Notes under the pieces: generated by a model
What the model was told of the DNA's origin: nothing
Seen by the model: the letters and a program-made list of their open reading frames with translations, nothing else
The model's database searches: none
Source: Pyrobaculum sp.
Lineage (GTDB): Archaea; Thermoproteota; Thermoprotei; Thermoproteales; Thermoproteaceae
NCBI GenBank assembly: GCA_046293555.1
Contig: JBKBOT010000004.1
Span: 1-64,000, forward strand
Direction of reading: 5' to 3'
DNA length: 64,000 bases
Program-made: the position numbers and the translations under genes
Part shown: positions 39,408-48,775 of the stretch, piece by piece
How positions within the stretch are numbered: the stretch's first letter is position 1
How the letters are laid out: each line of letters opens with the position of its first letter

Positions 39408-39638
39408 GGCCTCTCTCTCTGAACCTGTACATGAAGAAAACTATGGCGCCCAGAAATAAGGCCACCACAACGCCGGCCGATATCGCCACGATTGTATACG
39501 CCTCAACTTGCGATATTGGAGATGCGGGGTCAAAGGGGGGCTTTCCGAAGTTTACTATATAAAGCCACGTGGCCAGTATGGCATGGCCAGTATGGCGACA
39601 ACCACCCCCATATAGACCCCGAGGTCTTTCAAAGTCAT
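39385..39638 (-). pseudogene. two-TM segment resembling the subunit II N-terminus, disrupted by a 14-nt duplication
   Basis: TGGCCAGTATGGC duplicated at 39570-39582 and 39584-39596; removing 14 nt gives a 79-aa ORF ending ...IVFFMYRFRERGHGEGESS*. Confidence 0.7.
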
Positions 39639-39746
39639 GTAAAAAAGTAGAGAATTCTATTTAAAAATCTTATTCTATCTAAAATTGGAGTAAATTCTGT
39701 ATCTATGTAGATACCAAGGCTTATATACCACGAAATAAGTAGGGCC

Positions 39747-40595
39747 ATGCGCCTTCCTGTCGCGGTGAGGAGCGCCTTTATTTCTGTGCTCTTGGTCAGC
39801 TTTACAGGCGGCTTAACTGCGGGGCTTGGCCATGGTTTTGACTTAGGCACCGCGTGGCCTGGCGAGCCGCTGGTAGTTTTGCTTACGCTTATACAGGGGA
39901 GCCTAGAGCCAGTCCACAGGCTTTTAACCATAGCTGCCGGCGTCTTGTATGTAGTAGTCTTTGCGCTCGCCCTGAGGACTGGGGCTAGGCCTCTCGTCTA
40001 TCTGGCCGCTACGGCTCTGGCGTTTCTAATAGCCACAGCCCTCACCGGCAGGGTGGTGTTGTTAGTTCTCGGCGGCGAGGTGCCGGCGCCGTGGTCTTAC
40101 GCCGTATACCCCCTAAACAACGCCTTAGCTCTCGCCGCAGCCATGTCTATGGCCCTGTTGGCCTCTATGTTTACACCTCCTGTTTCCACAAGGGGGGGTT
40201 ATCTCTTCAGGGGGGCTGCCTTCTGGGGCGCCGTGGCTTCTATCTCTGGCGCATATATCCTCGGCTACCACAAGATAACGCGGACGCCACTTCAATACGG
40301 CCTAATCCCCACCTTTGACGACCTGCCGTGGTTAATACACCTACTTTCTGCAACGGTTGCGGTAGCTCTAGCTGCGGCAGGTCTGGCTATAAACAAGAGG
40401 GGGGTTTGGCATTGGCTTCTTCTAGCGTCGCTTTTGGCACAGCCGGCTACAGGCCTGTTGATGTATCTAGGGGCTTCCACAGACCCGTGGGCCCCTGGCC
40501 CCCAGGCGGGTCTCCACGCCGCATTTGCCCACCTGTTTGTTATCTCCGCCTTTGTTATCTATGTGAGGGGTAGACAATGGACATCCCGTACCTAG
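39747..40595 (+). CDS. ctaA: heme A synthase (CtaA/Cox15-like)
   Basis: G.GxxWP, EPVHR, IHLL, LHAAFAH; about 8 TM helices; oxidase context. Confidence 0.72.
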   Translation: MRLPVAVRSAFISVLLVSFTGGLTAGLGHGFDLGTAWPGEPLVVLLTLIQGSLEPVHRLLTIAAGVLYVVVFALALRTGARPLVYLAATALAFLIATALTGRVVLLVLGGEVPAPWSYAVYPLNNALALAAAMSMALLASMFTPPVSTRGGYLFRGAAFWGAVASISGAYILGYHKITRTPLQYGLIPTFDDLPWLIHLLSATVAVALAAAGLAINKRGVWHWLLLASLLAQPATGLLMYLGASTDPWAPGPQAGLHAAFAHLFVISAFVIYVRGRQWTSRT

Positions 40596-42715
40596 CCCTC
40601 CTCATAGCGGCCATAGCTCTCAACGCCGCGGCGGCATTTTACAGAAGGCTGGGCCCTCTGGCTTTTGTATCAGTTGGAGCCCTAGTGGCGTATCACTACG
40701 CCCTTTTTCTTCTCGGAGATTTTAGACTCGTCTTGGTGTATATAAACGCGGCTGTGGGCCAGACGGCGTTAGAGAGGGCTACAGCCGCCATAGCCTCCAT
40801 CCCGGGCGCCGTATATCTAATGGCGTTGCCCACAGCCGCCGTGTTTAAAAGAGGCGGCCACCTGGCGGCCGCCTTGTTGTTAACATACGCCGCCCTCGAG
40901 AGGCCCTTCTTGACTATAGACGACGTCCTCCCTGGATATATCCCCCAGTCTGGAATGGGGCTAAACCCCCTCCTCCGAAGCGTATGGGCAGTGCCACATC
41001 CCGTGGCGGTGTTGGTGGGCTACGGCCTTATCGTCGCGGCGGCGGCGTCAAGCTCTGAGAGGCTTCTCAAATGGGGCTGGGCCTCTGTCTCCCTCGGCTT
41101 ACTTCTCGGCGCCATATGGAGCTACCAGACTTTCGGCTGGGCTGGCTACTGGGCGTGGGACCCCGTGGAAAACGCCCTGCTGGCCGTCTGGCTTGTGACG
41201 ACTGCCGCGTTGCACCTCAAAAACCGCGGCGGGATGGTGGCGGCCGTGGGGGTCGTGCTAGGCGCCGTGGGACTAAACCAAGGCGGTTTTTCCGCCCTCC
41301 ATAGCTTCGTCGGGGGGACCCCCACGCCGCAGGTAATGCTGGCGGCGTCTTTAGCCCTGTTGACATACGGCATCTATAAGTCCACAGAGGGGGTAAAAGA
41401 TGGCATGTTGGCAATGGCGGCGTTTGGCATGATGGCAGTAGGTGTGGTTATATACATAACGGCGGCGGTTCCAGCTCTCTACTCTATAGCCACCTCTACG
41501 GCTGTACAGCCCCCAGCTGGCGACGTCTTTGTGGCAAGCTTTCTCTACCCCCTGGCGGCCTCTGTGTTGTCGGGGCTCTTCCTGGCGGCTGTATATCACG
41601 GCGTTGGGGTGAAGAGGGGGGTTGTGATTTTTGCCGCCATATTAGCCCTCTCGGCAGTTCTCTCCTGGGTTTTTAAGCCGGCCTTCGAGAGCCCCATTGC
41701 CACAAACTTTTTTGTATATGCCATAGCCGCCGCGGCTCTAGCTGCGGCATACCAGACGGCTAGAAGTAACTACGGGAGGTGGCATAAGGCTCTTCACGTT
41801 GTTGCCTTCCTGCTGGTGGCCCTACTGGCCGCCAGCGGGCCTTTTTCATACAGCCAGAGTTACTACAAGCTGCTGGCAGTAGATAGAGTCGGCGCGGTTT
41901 ACTTCACCCTACTGGATTGGCCCTACCCACAACAGGTCTCCCTAGTCGACATAGCCGTCACGCAAGATGGGAGAGTTGTGGAGGTTCCCCCAACGGCGCA
42001 GGTGGAGCCCCCGCCTAACTATACGGCATTTGTCAAAAGGGTTGACGGCAAGTTTAGCCTAGGCGGGCTGAACTACAGCGTCGTGGAGCTAGGGGGGATC
42101 CCATATGTGGTAGTATGGGGAGGCGGGCAGGAGCTGGGCCGGGTCGGCGGCGTGCCGGTAGTAGAGGTGGAGAGAAACGGCACCGTGGTGGTCTTCCCCG
42201 CACCGCTGGACTTAATAAAGGCGCTGGAGACAAGCCCCAGGTGGGCGAAAAGGTTCTTAGAGTGTTTTAACTCCAGCCGCCTGGCCCCCGGCGGCGTGGA
42301 GGTCAGGGGGGTTCTGTCGATAGACGGCGTGGAGGCGCCCTTCGTGGTGAGGTACGACATATCCGGCTGGCTTAAGGGCGTTGGGGCTTTAACCGCCGGC
42401 GTGGTGGACATCTATAAGCCCGTGGTGGGCTACCACGCGGTGGCGATACCCCCAACTACCCTAGAGGGCGTCGCGTGGGATTACGCCACACGTCAATACG
42501 CCGCCTTGTTGTTACAACAATGCAACGCCCCCATGGCATATGCCGTGTTAAAAACAACAGGCGTCAAAAACCTCACCTCCGCCGTGACCTATCTTGAAGC
42601 CACACAAGACATCTGGGTGGTGGGATTCAAGCCCGTACCCCTAATTTTAGAGCTGTGGGTATTTTCCGCAATACTTATAATTGTCGCGATATATAAGTAC
42701 AAAGACAAAGTTTAA
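40577..42715 (+). CDS. ccmF: heme lyase CcmF
   Basis: GLNPLL, HP, WSY..FGW.GYWAWDPVEN, LHSF. Confidence 0.9.
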   Translation: MDIPYLALLIAAIALNAAAAFYRRLGPLAFVSVGALVAYHYALFLLGDFRLVLVYINAAVGQTALERATAAIASIPGAVYLMALPTAAVFKRGGHLAAALLLTYAALERPFLTIDDVLPGYIPQSGMGLNPLLRSVWAVPHPVAVLVGYGLIVAAAASSSERLLKWGWASVSLGLLLGAIWSYQTFGWAGYWAWDPVENALLAVWLVTTAALHLKNRGGMVAAVGVVLGAVGLNQGGFSALHSFVGGTPTPQVMLAASLALLTYGIYKSTEGVKDGMLAMAAFGMMAVGVVIYITAAVPALYSIATSTAVQPPAGDVFVASFLYPLAASVLSGLFLAAVYHGVGVKRGVVIFAAILALSAVLSWVFKPAFESPIATNFFVYAIAAAALAAAYQTARSNYGRWHKALHVVAFLLVALLAASGPFSYSQSYYKLLAVDRVGAVYFTLLDWPYPQQVSLVDIAVTQDGRVVEVPPTAQVEPPPNYTAFVKRVDGKFSLGGLNYSVVELGGIPYVVVWGGGQELGRVGGVPVVEVERNGTVVVFPAPLDLIKALETSPRWAKRFLECFNSSRLAPGGVEVRGVLSIDGVEAPFVVRYDISGWLKGVGALTAGVVDIYKPVVGYHAVAIPPTTLEGVAWDYATRQYAALLLQQCNAPMAYAVLKTTGVKNLTSAVTYLEATQDIWVVGFKPVPLILELWVFSAILIIVAIYKYKDKV

Positions 42716-42737
42716 ATATTGTGAGATTTCTAACTCC

Positions 42738-43295
42738 ATGAAGTGGGTAACTGTAGTAATAATAATAGCGGTGGTGGTGATAGCAGCCGTAACGGCAATA
42801 ACCCTCTCAGGACTTGGCGCAACGCCTGCACACACACCAACACCTACTCCCACAACGGCGACACCTACCCCCCCTACGACTCCCACCACGCCGACAGCGC
42901 CCGGCACGCCGGCCCCCACTCCAGGCGGCGTTAAATACAACGCCGAACTTGCCCAAAAGGGAGTAAAGTATTTCAGTGAACTTGGATGTACGGCTTGTCA
43001 CAGCGTGAAGTCTTTAGGCATTTCTGGCGGCGCCGTGGGGCCTGATTTAAGCAAGGCGTTATCCAGCGAGACTCAATGGCTCGGTAAGTACTATAAGGAA
43101 AACGGCCTGACTAACCCGGCGGCCGACCCAGAAAAAGCTGCTGAGTTACTTGCCAAGTATTTTGAGTCGCCACCTTCTTATTCGGTAACTATGTTGGCGC
43201 AGGTTCAGACATATAAGTCGCTTTATGGCGACGACTGGGTTAAGCAGTATGTGCCGGCGTTTGTAGAAATGTTTAAAATGGCGGCGTCGAGGTGA
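42738..43295 (+). CDS. membrane-anchored monoheme cytochrome c (bc-complex-associated)
   Basis: TM anchor, (TP)n stalk, CTACH, GPDLS; ATG 42738; paralog of 25119-25712. Confidence 0.88.
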   Translation: MKWVTVVIIIAVVVIAAVTAITLSGLGATPAHTPTPTPTTATPTPPTTPTTPTAPGTPAPTPGGVKYNAELAQKGVKYFSELGCTACHSVKSLGISGGAVGPDLSKALSSETQWLGKYYKENGLTNPAADPEKAAELLAKYFESPPSYSVTMLAQVQTYKSLYGDDWVKQYVPAFVEMFKMAASR

Positions 43296-43846
43296 TGACT
43301 GACGAAAAGAGGAGGGAAACCCTCAAGTTTTTTATCGGCACCTCTGCCGCGTTGGGCGTCGGCATGTTGGCCACACCCCTTGTGGCTTCTCTAGTGGGCA
43401 ACCGCGCCGCCTTGCTGGGAGAAAGTTCTACAGTTAGCGCAATACCTGTAGAGATCTGTAAGTCGCCGGAGGGATGTCCCCACGGCGTCCCGCTGGAAGA
43501 GCTCCGCGGCGGGCCTGTGTTTAGGCTTATTAAGGTAAACACCATGGCCATACCGGCGGTGTTCGGCCTCGTGAGGGCTACAGACGGGAAGGAGTACCCA
43601 GCCGCCTATGTGGCCATATGTACACATTTCGGCTGCCCTCTAAACGTCTCTGGCGGCAAGTACCTCACTGGCTTCTTCTGTCCATGTCACGGCAGCTTCT
43701 TTGCGGTATGTAACAACCCCAACGGCTGCCCCAAGGGGAGGTTTCTGGAGATGTTTGTACAAGGAGGCCCGGCGGTAAGGTCCCTTAGGGCGATAAAGGT
43801 GGAGGTAAAAGACGGGGTTGTGTACCCGCTGGTTGCCTACATATGA
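43292..43846 (+). CDS. Rieske iron-sulfur protein
   Basis: Tat-like KRRETLK; CTHFGC and CPCHGS. Confidence 0.93.
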   Translation: MMTDEKRRETLKFFIGTSAALGVGMLATPLVASLVGNRAALLGESSTVSAIPVEICKSPEGCPHGVPLEELRGGPVFRLIKVNTMAIPAVFGLVRATDGKEYPAAYVAICTHFGCPLNVSGGKYLTGFFCPCHGSFFAVCNNPNGCPKGRFLEMFVQGGPAVRSLRAIKVEVKDGVVYPLVAYI

Positions 43847-45075
43847 GGGTCTTCAGCAGGCTTTGGGAACTCATCCTGGAGCGTTTCCACCTAAAGGAGT
43901 TTTTAGAACACCCGGTGCCCCGCTATTCTAACATAAACCCCCTCTACTGGTTTGGCGACGTGGCGGCCGTCAGCTTCTTTCTGTTGGCTCTCACAGGCTT
44001 CTTCCTGGCGCTTATGTACACCCCCAGCGTAAATGTGGCGACTATACCCACCACAGCGCTTGCCCCTTGGGATATCCTCCACGTGCCTGCCTCAGCTGAG
44101 GTTCAAGCCACTGGGAGTTACCTCAGCGTCTATAAGACCGCCTATCTGACCCCATTTGGCTTTATACTGAGGCAATTCCACCTATGGGCGGCATATATGA
44201 TGATTATGGCCGTCTTGGTGCACTTTTTTGCCAAATTTGTCCTAGGTGCCTACAAGAGGAGGGGCGGCGGCGCCCTCTGGCTGTTAGGCGTCCTGTTGGG
44301 CTTCCTCACTATAAACCAGGCGGTTCTGGGGTACATACTGCCTCTCCATCTTGACGGCATCTTGGCCCTCATGATTGGGCTAAATCTCTTCCGCTATTTT
44401 GACTACCTTGGAATACCTGTGGGCAACGCCATAATTGCGCTGGTGGGCTCTAACTACCCCACCAACGGCGTGATTCAAGTAATCTACGTGGCCCACATCT
44501 TGATCGTACCTGCCATAATTTTAATACTTCTAGCCCTTAAGATACAGGGGATTCTCTACGGCGGCGTGTCCCCCCCGCCCATAAGAGACGAGGCTGTGAG
44601 AGAGAGGCTGGTTAAAGACGTGGAGCCCTTCTACCCCCACAGGTTTGCACTAATGGTGGGGCAAGTCTTTCTACAGATTTCCCTCCTGTTGCTACTAGTT
44701 GCCTTCTTCCCACAGCCTCTACTAGAGCCGTGGGCCCCTGGCGAGCTTGTGCCGGCTGGAGTCAGGCCGCCCTGGCCGGTCATGTGGTATTACACATACG
44801 TGAAGATGATCGACCCGTTTATCTCTGTGGGCATGCCGATAATAATGGTCCTCTTCGCGCTGGTAGTGCCCCTGCTAGATAGAAGCAAGGGGATTACCGT
44901 GGGAGAGAGGTGGGTGTGGGTAGTAATCGCAATTATATACATGGCCATTATTGGCTACGGCTCGGTGTTGGGCTTTATAATCGACATCCCGCGGCAAATT
45001 ACGCCATTTACGCAAATCGCCGTACCTCCAGAGAGCGCAGTTCCCTATATCTCAACGCCGCAGCCTGTGGGCTAA
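43843..45075 (+). CDS. cytochrome b of a Rieske/b complex
   Basis: TGFFLALMY, R..H.WAA..M....HF, GY.LP, AHIL, PFYP. Confidence 0.92.
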   Translation: MRVFSRLWELILERFHLKEFLEHPVPRYSNINPLYWFGDVAAVSFFLLALTGFFLALMYTPSVNVATIPTTALAPWDILHVPASAEVQATGSYLSVYKTAYLTPFGFILRQFHLWAAYMMIMAVLVHFFAKFVLGAYKRRGGGALWLLGVLLGFLTINQAVLGYILPLHLDGILALMIGLNLFRYFDYLGIPVGNAIIALVGSNYPTNGVIQVIYVAHILIVPAIILILLALKIQGILYGGVSPPPIRDEAVRERLVKDVEPFYPHRFALMVGQVFLQISLLLLLVAFFPQPLLEPWAPGELVPAGVRPPWPVMWYYTYVKMIDPFISVGMPIIMVLFALVVPLLDRSKGITVGERWVWVVIAIIYMAIIGYGSVLGFIIDIPRQITPFTQIAVPPESAVPYISTPQPVG

Positions 45076-45076
45076 T

Positions 45077-45412
45077 ATGGAGCCGCTGTCTCCTTCCACG
45101 CTCGCGTGGATTACTGCCGGCGTAGCCGTGCCGGCGGTGGTGCTGGTATATGCGCTAAATGGGGTAGACAGGAGGTGGGCTACCGCAGTTGGGCTAATCT
45201 CTGTGATAGCGCTAATGGCCATATTTGGATATACGGCAAACGTCATAATGTCTTTCTACAGCGCCGTGGAGTTTCCGCCAGATGTCCACACCATAGAGCT
45301 GGGCGTGGCCTACCAGAGGGTGGCCGCCGGACAGCTGGCTGCAGCATCTATGGTCATAGGCCTTCTCGCAATTGGTTACTACATGGAGATTTCGAAGAGG
45401 GGCCATGAGTAG
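45077..45412 (+). CDS. small membrane protein downstream of cytochrome b
   Basis: Three TM helices; starts 1 nt after the cyt b stop. Confidence 0.65.
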   Translation: MEPLSPSTLAWITAGVAVPAVVLVYALNGVDRRWATAVGLISVIALMAIFGYTANVIMSFYSAVEFPPDVHTIELGVAYQRVAAGQLAAASMVIGLLAIGYYMEISKRGHE

Positions 45413-45656
45413 AGAGTCCATATTGATAATACTGGCCGCCATTGTCGCGGTGGGGATGGTGTTGCTAAACTACGGCCTTACTTACGTCCAGGAGGTGTAT
45501 AACGCCCTCGCCAACGCGCCAAGAGACCTAGCAGAGCTGAGGGCAGACAAGGTGGAAAGCCTCTGGATGCTTCAAAGCGCCGTGTGGACCGGTGTATTTG
45601 CCCTCTCGATGGTGGCAGTAATGGCATATTTATATTACCTAACTCAAGAAAAATAA
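45405..45656 (+). CDS. small two-TM membrane protein
   Basis: MSRESILI...; overlaps the previous stop. Confidence 0.62.
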   Translation: MSRESILIILAAIVAVGMVLLNYGLTYVQEVYNALANAPRDLAELRADKVESLWMLQSAVWTGVFALSMVAVMAYLYYLTQEK

Positions 45657-45827
45657 AATCTATAAAACCCAGATTTTCTACAAAAAAGTTGAACTTTATA
45701 TAAATTTATGTCATAGTGTACATATTTATGAATTTGTGTAAAATTATATAGCTTTATAGATGAAATTCTATATTTATTAAAAAATCCTTCGGAAAAAAAT
45801 TTATAAATAACTTGAATTCTGTTCTAT

Positions 45828-45947
45828 ATGGAGGGCAGAGAAGAAGCAAAAGGCGCTTTGGCTACTATGTTGATATATGCTGCAATATTTGCCGCACTTT
45901 GGTTTTTGGTTTATACAGTCACGTTAGGTAGAGGCATAGTGGGGTAG
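45828..45947 (+). CDS. cbaD: ba3-type oxidase subunit IIa (CbaD-like, 39 aa)
   Basis: MEGREEAKGALATMLIYAAIFAALWFLVYTVTLGRGIVG*; KGAL...W..VY....RG pattern of Thermus subunit IIa; directly upstream of subunit II. Confidence 0.8.
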   Translation: MEGREEAKGALATMLIYAAIFAALWFLVYTVTLGRGIVG

Positions 45948-45949
45948 CT

Positions 45950-46426
45950 ATGACGATACACAGAGAAGAGAAGATCTGGGCCGCCGTGGTAGCGGCGATG
46001 GTCGCCATATTTCTGGCGGCGCTTGCCTACGCCGCGTGGGTAATCGGCCTCCAGGTCCCCGGCGGGGAGGTAGAGTTAGTCAACCCCAAGACTGTCCTAC
46101 AGGAGTTTAAGCCTGGCGTGAGGGAGGTGGCGCCGGGGAGATATGAGGTGACTCTAGTGGGGCGGATGTTTTCGTGGTTTCCCTCAGAGATCACGCTAAA
46201 GGACCCCGTAGAGGTGAAGTTCAGGCTTACCTCTCTCGACGTGATACACGGCTTTCAGATTGTCGGCACTAATGTAAACGTCATGGTGTTTCCAGGCTAT
46301 GTGGCAGAAATCACGTGGAGAGTGCCGCCAAATGCAGAGGGGAAATACCTAGTGGTATGTAACGAGTACTGTGGCATCGGCCATCAGAACATGTACGGCG
46401 TCGTGAATATAGTTCGTAGTAAATAA
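45950..46426 (+). CDS. cbaB: ba3-type oxidase subunit II (CuA)
   Basis: IHREEK.W, single TM helix, DVIHGF, CNEYCGIGHQNM. Confidence 0.92.
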   Translation: MTIHREEKIWAAVVAAMVAIFLAALAYAAWVIGLQVPGGEVELVNPKTVLQEFKPGVREVAPGRYEVTLVGRMFSWFPSEITLKDPVEVKFRLTSLDVIHGFQIVGTNVNVMVFPGYVAEITWRVPPNAEGKYLVVCNEYCGIGHQNMYGVVNIVRSK

Positions 46427-46473
46427 GTGTAAAGAATAGAAAAGTTTATAAATTGAACTTCTTTTTTTATTAC

Positions 46474-48135
46474 ATGTTAAGTCAAAAATTTGTGGTTGAA
46501 GATAAGGTGGCCAAGATTGCGTTGGTGTTTAGCTTTGTGCTCCTGTTGTTAGGGGGGCTTTTTGGCTTTCTACAGGTGATTTCTAGAGCTCCCGGCATGC
46601 CTGCGTTACAGACTGCAGATATTTACTATATGGGCTTGACTCTTCACGGAGTTGCTCTGGCGGTGTTATGGACTGCCTTTTTTATCGTGGGGCTTGCCGT
46701 GTTTGTACTGACGAGAGAACTGGGGCTAAACATGAACGCGCCGCTTCTACTAGGCGGCGCCGTCTTGGCTATCTTAGGTAGCTTGATGGGCGCCGTGGCT
46801 ATACTTTCTGGCCAGGCCTCAGTTCTATATACCTTCTACCCGCCGCTGCAAGCCACGCCGCTGTTTTTCATAGGCCTTGCGGTAGTTTTAATCGGCACGT
46901 GGCTAATTGGCGCCGCTGTGATTGAAGTTTTTCTGAGGTGGCGGCGGCTGAATCCAGGCAAGGAGGTGCCCCTAGGTACCTACGGGGTGCTTACAACCAT
47001 TGTGATCTGGCTTTTAGCCACGCCGCCTTTGGCCTATGCCGTAATTTTCTTCTCTATCCCCATGTCGTTGATGAATGCGCCGGTAGATGTGCTATGGTGG
47101 CGCCTCTGGTTCTGGTTTTTCGGCCACCCCCTGGTTTACTTCTGGCTTGTGCCCGCCATCACGGTCTGGTACGTAGTTTTGCCTAAAGTGTTGGGAACTG
47201 AGGTGTTTAGCAAGACTATGGCTAAGGTCGCCTTTATGTTGTATATCATCGCCTCGGTGCCGGTGGGGCTACACCACCAGTTTGTAGACCCCGGCGTCCA
47301 CCCGGTCTATAAGTATCTACACACCGTGTTGACATATCTAGTGGCTGTGCCGTCTTTCCTCACGGCGCTAAACGTGTTGGCTACTTTAGAGAGGGCAGGC
47401 CGCATGAGGGGTGGGAAGGGGCTCTTTGGCTGGATTGCCAAACTGCCTTGGGGGAAAGACCCGGTCTTTACGGGCATAACTTTTGCCATCATCCTCTTCG
47501 GCATTGCGGGGTTTTCGGGCGTTGTCAACGCCTCCTTTAATGTGAACTACATGGTGCACAACACCGCGTGGGTGGTGGGACATTTCCACCTCACGGTAGG
47601 TGGAGGAATCACGTTGACCTTTATAGCCACCTCGTTCCTACTAGTCCCCCTGTTGTTTGGCAGAGATTACGTCGGCAAGAAGTTATTAATCGCGGTGCCA
47701 GCCCTGTGGTTTGTAGGCCAGCTGATTTTCGGCTTTGCCTACCACCTTGCGGGCATTTATGGCGCCCCCAGAAGGACGTTTCTAGCTGAAGCCGGCTACT
47801 TCCACCAGACGGACCTCCTGCAGTCGTTACATTTTGTCCCTCAGTGGGTTCCACTACTTCAAATTGGGGCTGTGGGCGGGGTTATTTTCGCCATAGGCGG
47901 CGCCTTGTTCATACTGCTAACTTTCGCCACTATAGCTAGAGGCCCTAGGGTACAGCTAAGCGGCGGCGAGGCGTCGCCGGAGCTAGGGCCAGCTGGCTTT
48001 TTAGACAGGCTGGGGCTGTTAGTGCTAATCGCCATAGTGATAATTGTGATTGCCTACGCGCTGCCTGTTGTAGAGATATACAGCAGGGGCTTTTCGCCGG
48101 CGCCGCCGTATTGGCCCACGGGGGCGGCAAGTTAA
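46474..48135 (+). CDS. cbaA: B-family (ba3/SoxB-type) heme-copper oxidase subunit I
   Basis: LTLHG, YTFYPPL, WFFGHPLVY, GLHHQF.DP, HNT.WV.GHFH, PRR. Confidence 0.93.
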   Translation: MLSQKFVVEDKVAKIALVFSFVLLLLGGLFGFLQVISRAPGMPALQTADIYYMGLTLHGVALAVLWTAFFIVGLAVFVLTRELGLNMNAPLLLGGAVLAILGSLMGAVAILSGQASVLYTFYPPLQATPLFFIGLAVVLIGTWLIGAAVIEVFLRWRRLNPGKEVPLGTYGVLTTIVIWLLATPPLAYAVIFFSIPMSLMNAPVDVLWWRLWFWFFGHPLVYFWLVPAITVWYVVLPKVLGTEVFSKTMAKVAFMLYIIASVPVGLHHQFVDPGVHPVYKYLHTVLTYLVAVPSFLTALNVLATLERAGRMRGGKGLFGWIAKLPWGKDPVFTGITFAIILFGIAGFSGVVNASFNVNYMVHNTAWVVGHFHLTVGGGITLTFIATSFLLVPLLFGRDYVGKKLLIAVPALWFVGQLIFGFAYHLAGIYGAPRRTFLAEAGYFHQTDLLQSLHFVPQWVPLLQIGAVGGVIFAIGGALFILLTFATIARGPRVQLSGGEASPELGPAGFLDRLGLLVLIAIVIIVIAYALPVVEIYSRGFSPAPPYWPTGAAS

Positions 48136-48157
48136 AATACCCCTCCCTTTTTTTCCC

Positions 48158-48775
48158 GTGAGGTTTTTCCCCATCCTCATCCTGGCCGTAGCAATTCCCT
48201 TCATAGTGGCTATAGTTATGCAGCTTGGGGGCACCACCGCCGAGGAGCACTCAGGTCTTTTTGAGAGAGTTGTCCCCATTTGCTACCCCCCGGGCCGGGA
48301 GCCAGAGGCGTATGACTTCCAGCTGGTGGACCAGTTCGGCAGGTCGGTGAGGCTCTCCCAGCTGTGGGGTGGGGCGGTGTTGATTACTTTTACCTATAGC
48401 TACTGTCCCGACGTCTGTCCGTTAATGCACCTAGTGCTCAACAGGTCGCTCCCCCACATAAGGCCGTATATAGCCCATGTGTTAGACGTCTCTCTCGACC
48501 CCGAGAGAGACACTGTGGAGAGGTTATATCACTACGCTATGGGCAATCGTTACAACTGGACCTTTCTTACGGGCGACTTGAGGGCTCTGGAGGCCGTCTG
48601 GAGGGCATATGGCGTGACCCGCTCTGTGACATATGTGGGCGGCCAGCCGTATATAGTACACGACGTGGTTTGGGCCGTGGTAAAAGACGGCAGGCTGTTA
48701 GGCATGGTGAGGGGGCTCCCGTCGCCCGAAACGCTTTCGCAATATCTGGCGAGAATTGTGGAGAGGAGATGTTAG
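48158..48775 (+). CDS. SCO1/SenC copper chaperone
   Basis: F.YSYCPDVCP, SLDPERDT, IVH. Confidence 0.9.
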   Translation: MRFFPILILAVAIPFIVAIVMQLGGTTAEEHSGLFERVVPICYPPGREPEAYDFQLVDQFGRSVRLSQLWGGAVLITFTYSYCPDVCPLMHLVLNRSLPHIRPYIAHVLDVSLDPERDTVERLYHYAMGNRYNWTFLTGDLRALEAVWRAYGVTRSVTYVGGQPYIVHDVVWAVVKDGRLLGMVRGLPSPETLSQYLARIVERRC

